From assembly GCA_964187785.1 (NCBI GenBank), contig OZ076413.1, positions 43,712,001 to 43,776,000 of the forward strand: a stretch of DNA of 64,000 nt. Reading direction: 5' to 3'. A program made the position numbers and the translations under genes. This stretch comes from Amphiscolops sp. MND2022. Its lineage: Eukaryota. Shown here piece after piece: positions 21,851 through 32,300 of the stretch (the first letter of the stretch is position 1; each line of letters starts with the position of its first letter). The notes under the pieces were generated by a model that saw nothing but the letters and a program-made list of their open reading frames with translations, was not told where the DNA came from and did no database searches.

Positions 21851-23989
21851 ATGCCTAAGATTCCCCCCATTAGATCCAAAATGTGCAGTAAGTTCTTTGT
21901 AATGCTCATTACGTGGTACGCCTTCATCAATGGCCTTCCGAACCCCAATCTGGACGACATTGCACAGAGACTCAGTGTGTCACATTATGATTGTGGAGAG
22001 ATGACTGAAAACAAATTGTATGCACTAAATCAAGTGAGACCCTGCCACGTTTCCCCAGAAAACATTGAAATCAACCCAGCTATAATCACTGTCTACACAA
22101 AGCACTTCCGAACAGAACTCAACGCCACTATGTGCCGTCTAAAGCACAATAGATTCAAGTGGCACTGTGGATATCATGACCATGCAAGTATTGACGCCGA
22201 ACAAAACACAATCACAAGCGATATCGACCTGAGCATAGAACAATGCAGAAGGGCACGGGAAGAAGGAAAAATACAAATACTCGACCACATGGTCCAGTTC
22301 AAAAAAGCGACAAAACTTGTTCAATCCTATACTAATGGGAAGAAAAGCGAGGAAAATAGGAACCATTGCAATGGAAGGTCTTGGATGACCAAAGACACTT
22401 TTGAAAGCCACATCCAAGAGGTGACTCTACCAGTTAAACTGAGAGACGGAACAGTACATAATGTAAATGGGAATCCCCTTCCATGTAAACTCGATGATTT
22501 GGGTTGCCAAAGCACATCCTTAGATCCTTATGCTTATATATGGGATCACCCAGATAATTGTGTATTGTCGGTTTTGAAGGAAGAACAAGTGAACATGATT
22601 AAAAATGAACATCGATATCACATGGTGAGTACTAACGCCTCCACTTCCAAATTCTTGTTCGAAGTGAAAAACTACCCCCAGAAATTCTGTAATAAACCAA
22701 ATGATGTTTACCCAACCAATTACGAGTCCATGTACATTGTAATACATACTGGTGGATTTGATATGGGCTCTGGAAGAAAAATGGGAATTACAAGAGGATC
22801 CTATACCCTCCAATACTCCACAGACAACTCTGGGAAACCTGGACTTTACATATACAACAGAGACGCCACAGTTAAAGACAAGTATGTAAATACTTGGCTC
22901 CATATGGACTACGAAATGCAAGTTGGTACAAAATTGGACTACCTATTTTTCGAAAGCACCCGAGCGCTTCAATCGTCTGAGATTCAAATGTTGAAAAACC
23001 AATGTGAGCAAGAAAGGACCCAAATACTCACTATATTGATGCTCTCTTTGGAAAACCCACGCCTTGCAGGATATATGCTAACTGGAAACAGATCTTTGTT
23101 CCTTGAAACTGATGGCAGTCTTGCTTGGCTCTACTCCTGTCCTTTAATATCATCACCCCTTCATGTCATGAGTAATTGTTATGACAAAATACCCATCTTC
23201 TACAAAGGACAAATCCAATTCGTAGATTCCATCACCCGACAAACTTATCCTAATGCAAATACTCAAAACTGCACGGACAGAATCAAAAATCTTTTCCAAC
23301 TGGACATGCAAGACAAGGACTCCTGGTTTTCGTTAAACCCAGAACCCACACATCGAGACAGACCTGCCATCTTTGGCCCAAAAGAAATATCTCCCTTCAC
23401 CAAGGATACTTTCGATGAATCTCAGGATGCTGGAATGTATACAAAAGGACAGCTCAGTGATTTTTGGGACAATATTTTGATTAGCGCAGCATCCAGAAAT
23501 GCTTTACAAAAATTTTCACGGGAACTCATTATACCTTCAGCCTCCAACAAAGGCCCCGACGAGTTTGGTTATTATGCACCACGTACAGACTTCTACGTGG
23601 ACAACATGATATCGCCAGGATACTTCAAAGAGCAGTTCATTAGCACCTTTGGTATCATTGAATACTGGTTTAGCAAACTGGGTCAATGGTTTGGAGGATT
23701 TCTTCTTATCAAGTTTTTGGTTAATGTAATCGTCATAACATTCCGCTCATTTGAACTACACCGAGTAACAGGAGCTTCTTGGGGTATCGGTAAAATACTC
23801 CTCTCAGCAACCTACAATTTGTTTACAGTATCAATGATATCAACGCTAAATCAGATTCCCCAACATGACCCAATGACCTCAAGTACTCCACCCGACAAAA
23901 ACTACAATGAGCACGAGACTCTTGAGCATATTTATCCTGCCATAACAAGACCCCCCACATCAACCATCCATACGGTCTCACCAGTATAA
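21851..23989 (+). CDS. env: Envelope glycoprotein, chuvirus-G-like (putative class III fusion protein)
   Basis: N-terminal hydrophobic signal; SHYDC...C...C...WHCGYHDH, TKLDYL, LSLENP..AGY, CYDKIPIFY..F motifs recalled from chuviral glycoproteins; N-glycosylation sequons; C-terminal TM; env position after pol. Confidence 0.8.
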   Translation: MPKIPPIRSKMCSKFFVMLITWYAFINGLPNPNLDDIAQRLSVSHYDCGEMTENKLYALNQVRPCHVSPENIEINPAIITVYTKHFRTELNATMCRLKHNRFKWHCGYHDHASIDAEQNTITSDIDLSIEQCRRAREEGKIQILDHMVQFKKATKLVQSYTNGKKSEENRNHCNGRSWMTKDTFESHIQEVTLPVKLRDGTVHNVNGNPLPCKLDDLGCQSTSLDPYAYIWDHPDNCVLSVLKEEQVNMIKNEHRYHMVSTNASTSKFLFEVKNYPQKFCNKPNDVYPTNYESMYIVIHTGGFDMGSGRKMGITRGSYTLQYSTDNSGKPGLYIYNRDATVKDKYVNTWLHMDYEMQVGTKLDYLFFESTRALQSSEIQMLKNQCEQERTQILTILMLSLENPRLAGYMLTGNRSLFLETDGSLAWLYSCPLISSPLHVMSNCYDKIPIFYKGQIQFVDSITRQTYPNANTQNCTDRIKNLFQLDMQDKDSWFSLNPEPTHRDRPAIFGPKEISPFTKDTFDESQDAGMYTKGQLSDFWDNILISAASRNALQKFSRELIIPSASNKGPDEFGYYAPRTDFYVDNMISPGYFKEQFISTFGIIEYWFSKLGQWFGGFLLIKFLVNVIVITFRSFELHRVTGASWGIGKILLSATYNLFTVSMISTLNQIPQHDPMTSSTPPDKNYNEHETLEHIYPAITRPPTSTIHTVSPV

Positions 23990-24025
23990 CTGTACTTTCA
24001 TGTTTTTGTGTTTAGTACCCAGAAC

Positions 24026-24517
24026 ATGCAAAACGAAAAATCAATTGCAGAAGAAATCGAGTCGCTAACCAGTGAACCAAAACCCGACAACGCCGACTTG
24101 GTCGATTTTCCTCTGCTTTCTCCATCAGATTTTGACTTCCTCCCAACTGAGACAATAGCTGAAGGCACTGTCAAAACAGCACCGCCTCCTCCACCAAACA
24201 GCCTGAAAACAACTCCCTTACCATCCAAGCGACCTCATCCATCACCCATCAAACAATCTCATAAAAAGCAAAAGACTACTTTTGGTGTTCAAGAATCACT
24301 ACGCCGACAACGAAAGAACGAAGAGGCTGCCAACAGATATTCCTTCACCAGAAATCCCCGATTTCAACTCGATTTAAATTATCTTTTGAAACGAGAATAT
24401 AACCAGTGGCATATCGTCTTCTGGGATCCAAACCGCCAAGAATTTACACTAGAAAATCCCATTCTAGGCTATCAACGAATAGTAGTGCCCCTTAGAGGCA
24501 TTTCAGCATTTATTTAA
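24026..24517 (+). CDS. Orphan accessory ORF (163 aa) with acidic N-terminus, Pro-rich linker and basic NLS-like segments
   Basis: Acceptor TGTGTTTAG at 24015 just before the ATG; open frame between env and the TRAF-like gene. Confidence 0.6.
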   Translation: MQNEKSIAEEIESLTSEPKPDNADLVDFPLLSPSDFDFLPTETIAEGTVKTAPPPPPNSLKTTPLPSKRPHPSPIKQSHKKQKTTFGVQESLRRQRKNEEAANRYSFTRNPRFQLDLNYLLKREYNQWHIVFWDPNRQEFTLENPILGYQRIVVPLRGISAFI

Positions 24518-24554
24518 AGCGATTTTGTATTCTCTTTTAGAACCATAACTCAAG

Positions 24555-25307
24555 ATGAATTCAAGCTCATCCACCATCATCGAACAACTAGAAGACGAAC
24601 GATCTCTGACAGACTCCCTAATTAACGAGTTACTTCTACTGCGACAAAAAGTAAACATCACCCCTTATACCGATGAATCAAAAAATTCGGACCGCATACA
24701 CGAGGTAAACAAAAGACTTGATGCACTGGAAATGCGTATTCTACGTATAGAAAAAAAGTCAATTCCCCGGGATTGGAACTTATACAGAGTCATTTGGAGA
24801 CTCGATCAGTTTACCGATATTCTAAAAAATGCGGAAAAATACGAAAAGAGTTTGTCTCATGTAAGAGCACCCTATTGTGATCCTAACAGCCTAAAAGATC
24901 TTTGCAGCCCCATTTTCTTCTCGCAACCCTTTGGCTACACTTTCCATCTTCGAGCTTACCCCTTTGGGATCGACACTGGTAAAGGAAAATACATGTCAGT
25001 GTGCTTGGCTATGTGTCCCGGGCCCTATGACGAGATCCTCATTTGGCCTTTTCAAGGCGTCATTGAGATCCACCTGCTCGGCCAGGGAAACATATCCAAG
25101 CCTTACAAGCAGCTGATTGTGACAAACAACAACAACAGTGAGTGCTTCAAGAAACCCATACCTACATCTAGCAACACAGCCGTCACCATCTTGTGTTTCA
25201 TCCCTCTTGATGAACTAATGAATTCCGAAAACCCTTGGCTGAAAAACGATTCCATATTCTTCGAAGTAAAAGTCATAAACACCCTGTGTCCCCCCCTTTC
25301 AACTTAA
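24555..25307 (+). CDS. TRAF-like protein: coiled coil plus MATH/TRAF-C domain, no RING or zinc fingers
   Basis: VIWRLDQF...SPIFFSQPFGYTFHLRAYPFG...GKYMSV...GPYDEILIWPFQG...LLGQ...WLKNDSIFFEVKV follows the TRAF MATH consensus; acceptor TCTCTTTTAG at 24540. Confidence 0.92.
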   Translation: MNSSSSTIIEQLEDERSLTDSLINELLLLRQKVNITPYTDESKNSDRIHEVNKRLDALEMRILRIEKKSIPRDWNLYRVIWRLDQFTDILKNAEKYEKSLSHVRAPYCDPNSLKDLCSPIFFSQPFGYTFHLRAYPFGIDTGKGKYMSVCLAMCPGPYDEILIWPFQGVIEIHLLGQGNISKPYKQLIVTNNNNSECFKKPIPTSSNTAVTILCFIPLDELMNSENPWLKNDSIFFEVKVINTLCPPLST

Positions 25308-25330
25308 TCATTCTAAAACCCCGGGTGAGT

Positions 25331-27521
25331 TGTTGTGTTCAACACATCTTTTTCTTCAGTTTAATATTCCTAAAACATTTATTTAAGATTATTTCATCGG
25401 AGCTAGAATAAAATTATTCATTTTCCGTAACTCATTTTTCGCATTCTTTCAATTTTCAAGGCACGCTTGAAAGAATTTTAGAAGTGAACAAATTCACAAC
25501 TGTGCGTCACTTGAAAGAACAAATTCCCCTTTACAAAAGAGACGCTTGCCACTTGTGCAAATAATTCTCTTTTATTCTTTTGAAAAAGACAATATGCGAC
25601 GCCACTTGTGCGAGCAAATATCTCTGAGAAGAGAACAATAGGCGCCACTTGTGCGGCGGGAGCTTCTCAATTTGAGAAAAGATTATTCAAGCGAGACCAA
25701 AAGTCCCCACTTAAGAGTCTAATTCCCCTGACATAAACAAAAATTGCATCAGCCAACTCGGCTAGCCGAGTTAAATGACTAGCTGATGCAATTCTTGCCG
25801 ACTTGTACTCGGCCATGCCTGGTCCCGAGGTTAATCCCGAACAAGGACCGAGAATCTGACGTTAATTATTCGTATCCAATAAAATGCACCGATCAATGCG
25901 ATTGGTTGCACGTGCCTTTTGATTTGTATAAAAGGGCCAACATTTCTAAAGGCGATTCACTCGCTTCTCATAGACTTTCACCTCTCAAACAAAATCAAAT
26001 CCGTCACTCTCCTCCTCTCAAAAAACAAACAAATCTCCAAAACTCCACTCACTTCGCTTTTCAGGTAAGTTATTTTCTTTAACTAAGAAAATAACAACAA
26101 AATTCACAATCAAAATTTCTTCCTTTTTGCTTTATTCTTGTCTTCGTGACAACAAATTTACAGTCATTCGACTGAACAAAAAGTTAACCAACAAGGTTCT
26201 CCTATGCAATCATAGGGATTTATATTTTGAGCTAAACGCTCCAAATAAACCAGATTCTCGATTGAGACTTGTTTTTTCTCTAAAGTACGCTATCGCGTCG
26301 AGACTTAGCAAATGCTAGTTAAAGTTGATTTTTATCTTAACTTAAATTAAAATTAAAACCTAAAATGCATATAATCTTCTAATTTACTTTAGTCGGACCT
26401 TAAGTTCGAGTTCCCTAACAATTCTGTACAAAAAAAAACAACTTAGCTATACGCGGTTGAATAAGACCTTTACTTTAATTAGACTCGCAAGACTTCTTCA
26501 AAGTCTTGACGTTAGACAATCTTGTCTCCTTTTGACTTAGCCACTGCTAGTCACAACATAAGTTAAACTCTTAAAACACTGCACTGAACCTTATGTTCAA
26601 GCAGCCATTGGCAAGCCTGTCCAAACACAAAACCTAGCTAAACGCTGGTTAATAAGACCCTTACCTCACTTAGACTTACAAGACTTCTTCAAAGTCTTGA
26701 CGTTAGACAACCTTGTCTCTTTTTCGACTTAGCAAACCTGCTAGTCCATTGCAATAGGCTAAACTCTTAAAACACTGCACTGAACCTTATGTTCAAGCAG
26801 CCATTGGCAAGCCTGTCCAAACACAAAACCTAGCTAAACGCTGGTTAATAAGATTTTACTTTACCCAGACTTACAAGACTTCTTCAAAGTCTTGACGTTA
26901 GACAATCTTGTCTTCGACCTAGCTATTGCTGGTTATATAAGTTAAAACTTCACAATTTAAACTCTTCAGCTTCTTATAAGCTAGAACCTTTGACAAACCT
27001 GTCATACCTTTGTCAACAGACTTAACTAATCTCACATTCTTGTTGAGAATACTAAGACATGAAAAAGGTCTGAACAGACCAAAAAATCCAATACTCTTCG
27101 TCCTAACAAATTGTTGGACGTTATAGGACTCCAAAGTTCCAGCTTTTACAGTACTCTAACAACTTACCTGAATATTGCTATATTAATACATTAACGTATT
27201 TATTTTTGGTGAATGTTAAACAATCCAGATATTTTTGATTGGATATTTGTGTCAATTTGGATGCTTATATTATTCTGTTTGTATTATATTCTTGCGTATT
27301 GTGTAAAAACGAACATTGTTGAATATAATACTCAACCTAATTCAATTTCTTTTTATAAAATTAAACTCTTCTCTCGAAACAAAGTCCTTCCTGCGAACTC
27401 GGAAGACCTAGAGACAACTTTTGTAAAGGTTTAGGAAGGCATAGTCGCAAGTTAACTCCTAAGCGCAACTGACTAAGAATCGCAGAAAACTAATTTTCCT
27501 AAACCCACACGATCCTTTACA
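25331..27521 (+). repeat. 3' LTR of element B (2191 bp)
   Basis: Copy of 7751-9943; preceded by CCGGGTGAGT (weak PPT equivalent); followed by the TSD. Confidence 0.95.
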
Positions 27522-27525
27522 AGTC

Positions 27526-29086
27526 CAATGTCCCTTCTCTTCCCACAACATTGCCCGGAGCGGGGACCGCTCCTTCTTTCAAAAGGGGGAGGGGGAGACC
27601 ACCCAAAACGCGAAAAAGGCTGGTCAGAGCGAAGGCAAGAACGAGGAAGAAAGAAACTACAACAACAATGCCGTCGGAAACAGCAATACCGACCGAGGCT
27701 TCCGAGGTCCCCCGATAACAACTGAGAAGCAGACGGCAGCCACGCTACAAGTGCGGGACCTGTGGGCTGCGAGACTGTGTTTGCTTGCTAGACGTCAATG
27801 AGAACCGGAGGGTTCCCACTGGAGCCCGGGGAGTCCCTCCAGAGCGGGGAGAAAATCTAGTACATCGCCTTACGGTGAGAGCTGAAAAGACTTATTCCTC
27901 CCTGGAACGACACGGAGACCATCCCGTGGATACTATCCTGGAGAAGTTATCACTACCTGGAGTAGCGAAGGCCCCATGTCCTCGATTCAAGGAGTGGACT
28001 AGCGACGGAAAAGGGTTAGAGTTCACCCTCGCAACGGTGATGCCCCCAGTACCCAGCAATATTGCTTTTGGACCCTTCAACTTCGAGCGGGAGCCTGTGC
28101 AAATCGTCCGATGCATCACCGCTGATCTTCTCTGTGACAAATACGGAATTCACGTGGATCCGGGCGGAGTATACAGCCCAGCGCCGCACTGGTGGTTGCT
28201 GGTCACTGCTCCACGAGTGGAGGCAATAGTGGAACCATTGCACCTGCTGTCCTGCTTGGAAGGTCTGAGGACCCTCACTACCGCGGACTTGATACTTTGC
28301 TTCCACATCATAGACTGGTATCGTGGCAAAGTGAAATTCGCGTGGTGGTTGGAGCTGATCATCACTTGTTTCCCCAATTATCCTCGCATTAGATTGCTGG
28401 ACGAGTGGACTCATACTTTCGAGATTCCGCTTCCTCCGAAAGCCGTTTTGAGCACCCTAGACACATGGGTTAGGGCGGGCAGTGATAGTCGAGCGATGCC
28501 ACGCTCGGTATGGCAAGACCTGGCTGCAATCCAGGGGCGTACGCCCCGCGTATGCCTGCCTGCCGACAATGGGCCGGGGAGAGAGATTATCTACCCGGGA
28601 ATCCTGCATCCAGCCCCAACAGAGCACCTCTCATATGATGTGACTGATTTTCTTCAAGTAAAAGGTGATATGGTGTTAGCGTGTCCCGCTGACTTAGAGT
28701 CCAACTCAGCTGCCCTACGGTACGTGCTACGAGAATGCGGCAAGGAGAACGTATTCTCCTTACGTCCTAAGGTGGGGGAGATTCTCACCATTCCTCCCGA
28801 TATCAACCCAAACCCCAATCAGAGTATTCACTTGCTAATAATCAGAGCAAACCAGCGTGCGCCGCTGCTCGCAGACGACTACCTACGTTGTATGACACAC
28901 TTGATACAGCGTTTGATGGAGAAGGGATCCACGAGGGTCCACCTACCTATACTGGATCCAGAGCGACCCGCCCTCTCATTGGTAAACTTATACCATACCC
29001 TAACGAATTTGCTGGAGGGCACTGGCATTCACGTAGTGCTGCATAACCGCGTGTATGTGTCCATTCTGAACGTAGGGCTGGAGTAG
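27526..29086 (+). pseudogene. Displaced C-terminal tail of element A Pol: AT-hook, CxxCx4CxC, two divergent macrodomain-like repeats
   Basis: In frame with ORF 7212 across the excised insertion; KRGRGRPPK; one TAA at 27716; RYKCGTCGLRDCVC; colinear with the last ~480 aa of the element C polyprotein. Confidence 0.85.
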
Positions 29087-29377
29087 CCCGCCCAAAACGC
29101 TTTTTGTTGCCCCCCCCTTTATTTAATTTACCCACCCCGATAATCGTTATACCTGGGAGGAAGTGTTAAACCATCCCATGAAATGATTACATTGTAACGT
29201 AGCGTTAGATAACTTCTATCTTTGTGTTCTAATTAGTTAGTTGAACTACAATTTAAACTTGTTGCGGTTCCCCTATGGAACCATCTTTGTACTATTGCTG
29301 CTGAGTGATGAGCCTTAAGCACTCCCCACAATGCACTTGGTAAGCCTAACGGTAATCCTTTTTAGACCTATGATATA

Positions 29378-32300
29378 ATGGCTTATTACCCCAACAACAC
29401 GGTACCTATTTCCACGACGGGACCTCACGCCAATAGGACTCAAGAATTGCCTGCGCGAGCGCAGAGGACTAATCAAGTCCAATACGTAGAAGAGCGATAA
29501 AGGAACGGCCTCTCACCGTTAGCGGTTGCGGGCGTGGCCGCCCTACTCACCCAACTAGACACAATGCAGACGCTGCCTGGCGTATCCGTGTCTCTGGCGA
29601 CGGAAGTAGCCGGTTACCGTCGCACCCTAACCTGCCAAAACAATGCGTGGGATGGCCACGATCTGACGCACCAGTTCCTGGATGAACGTTCTACCACAAT
29701 TCTCGGGCCCAGCCAGGGCACGAGATTCGAGCAAGAAGCCTCACTGTGTATGGTGCCTGCCAGCGTAGCAACAATGCCTCCTCCTCAGATGGTCGCACTG
29801 CCCCCACCAGCGCCAAATCCAGTACCAATGACGCCAACTTATTCCGGTTCGCCTGCCTTTGGAACCTCATATCGAGCGCCACACATGGTACTGCAAACCA
29901 CTACTAATGCACCAGTCTCTGATCGGGAGCCCTCGGGGTCCCGGTTACCACCCATACCCAACCCAGAGCTGACGGGAAGGAGTACCAGCGAACAGGCCGT
30001 AATTGTGGCCTTGCAAGCAGTGGCGAACTATCCCAACTCCACCGATTTCGTCCGTGCCGTGGAGCAGAGAATCCCTGGATTAGCCACGTATCTGCAAGCT
30101 GCTGCTCAGCCCGCGGGCTGTGACCCTCCTGCTCCCCTAGTCGAAACGGCATCTATGGATATGGAAATTGTCGCTGAACCGAGTAACAGCGCAAGCGCTG
30201 CCTCTGGCACACGAGAAGAAGCGGGGAGAAAGCAGCTAACTGAAGAAACTGTCTCAGTTACCCCAGCTGGCTCGGTAACCGAGAGCCCAACTAGTCGTCC
30301 CCCTCCCGACAAGCGCGCTGATGTACCTCGGCCTCAGCTGAAGAGTGTGGTCATCCCTAGGCCCCCGTACCGGGTAGGTCATCTAGGCCGAAGCGCACAT
30401 CAAATGTCTTTAGCAAACGCGATCGAACAGTATGGAGATCCGGATGCAGGCTCGGAAGTGAGCTCTGTGCCCTCGGGCACCAATCCAATAGATATGTCCC
30501 TGGAGATACCTGAGACGGTGGAGGAAGCCCATCCTCCAGCCTTTCTCCCTCCATCTGACGACGTATCCGGCTCAGTAGTCACCAATGATAGCAAACGCAT
30601 TTGGATGGCGGCTGAGCATCTCTACCCCAGTCAATGCGCTATCAAGAAAAGGACCCCTCCAACTGAAACGGAGCAAAAGGAGATCAACCGGACCACGATA
30701 CCGGCGCAAGTCACGCGTTCGCTCCGCCCCCGTGACGCAGACATGTCGGAGCAGGCTTGGGAACAGCGTGCTCGAGAGCAGCTGCCTATGACAACCAACG
30801 ATTACATGGCGCCCCTGCAACACAATATCACTGAGCAATTCCCCGCACGGGATGTGTTGCGAGAAGGTGAGACATGGGAGGCGAACGCCCGTTACGCTCG
30901 CAACCTGAGATCTTTGAAACCCCTATTGAAAGCAGCTCTGCAGCGTGCGCGCTACTGCATGGCAGTTGATTCTACTTGCCGAAGTGACCTCCTATTGACA
31001 ATTTAATGCCTGACGTGCTGGTGCTAACTATGCCCCTGTCTCGCTTCGCTGAGGTCGCTGAGATGGTTGGAGCCATATACGATCCAAACTTAAGAGGATC
31101 ACAAAAGGAACCACCCCCACAGCGAGTGATCTTTGCCAATCTTCTGGATCACATGGCTTGCGAAGGATTGCTGCATGACCTGGACGCCATAATGTCCAAT
31201 GTCCGACGACTTGGAGACATTGCCGCCCTGGTAAATGAGGTGGTCGGTGCAATGGAACGTGCAGCAGGGATCCTTCGGGGTCGTCTGGGAGCGCTCGCGC
31301 TCTTTGTATCCCCACCAGGATTCATGTATTGGCCACGAAGTCTGCAGCAGTTCGTCTACATTCTGCTGGAGGTGTGCAAGGCGCGCAGAGTCGAATTCGC
31401 CATCTGTGCACCGAACTTGCGCGTGGACCGAGAGGACCTGCGCCCAGATACCTTATCGTATCCAGCCTTCTTTGCCGCCGTATCTAGAGCGCTTGTGGCT
31501 ATAGAACGCTCGGGAAACGCCCAGCTAACCATTGACGATGCTATCCTCTATGATTATGGAATGCGGATGGGCAGACTGGCCTTTGACCTTGACGGCAACC
31601 GCATTGCCCGAGAATCTAATGTAACCGAACGAGAGGCTGTTCGCCGGTACAATTGGCTAGTGCGAAGAGATAAAGAAATCCCAGTGCGCGCAGAATTAGC
31701 CGACCTGACAAAACAAATTGGTGCATGGCCTGCAGCGCGCACCGTCGAGAGAACAATTCCTCAGATCCACTTCGCCTCGGGAATCGAGCCCGTGAAGCTG
31801 CCTGTAGGGCTGCGGTGTATCGTAGCAATGGAAGCAACAAACCTGAAAGCAGAAGTCGACGCAGCAGCCACAACTTATGCTTATTGGTACCAGACTAGGT
31901 TTGCCACCAGAACTCTGGCAGAAGTAGCTCGAGAGCTCAATTGTCCATTGGAAGCCTTCTGTACCAGTCTTGGTCTAGGATGGAACCTAGAGGTACTAAC
32001 TTCTGAGTTCTCGCTGACCTCTACGCAAACGGACAAGCTGCTAGAAACAATTGGAGAGGCAACCGTCGGAGAAATACTAGCGCTCGCGCTAGCGATGGGC
32101 CCAACCAAGTTTGTAGCCGGACCACTGGCCTTGTTAGCCGACATGGTAATTGCCTGCGACCTCACCGTGTTCTACAGCTACTTGGTCCTGGCACAAGGAC
32201 AACTACGCAGTCTGACCCGTTGGGGACACTTGATGACTTCCAAGGACCAGCAAGACTATTCCGCCCAACTGGAACGCATGCGTGCGTCAATCCAGCACTG

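Larger units (their letters stand above)
7751..27521 (+). mobile_element. Element B: 19.8-kb env-bearing Ty3/Gypsy LTR retroelement with multiple accessory genes
   Basis: Paired TG...CA LTRs, TSD, PBS, gag, pol (PR-macro-RT-RH-IN), glycoprotein and accessory ORFs. Confidence 0.95.

Noticed and set aside
31004..31008. TAATG termination-reinitiation in element A extra ORF
   Set aside because: It falls within the SGNH-like region of an element with many 1-nt indels; more likely a deletion lesion.
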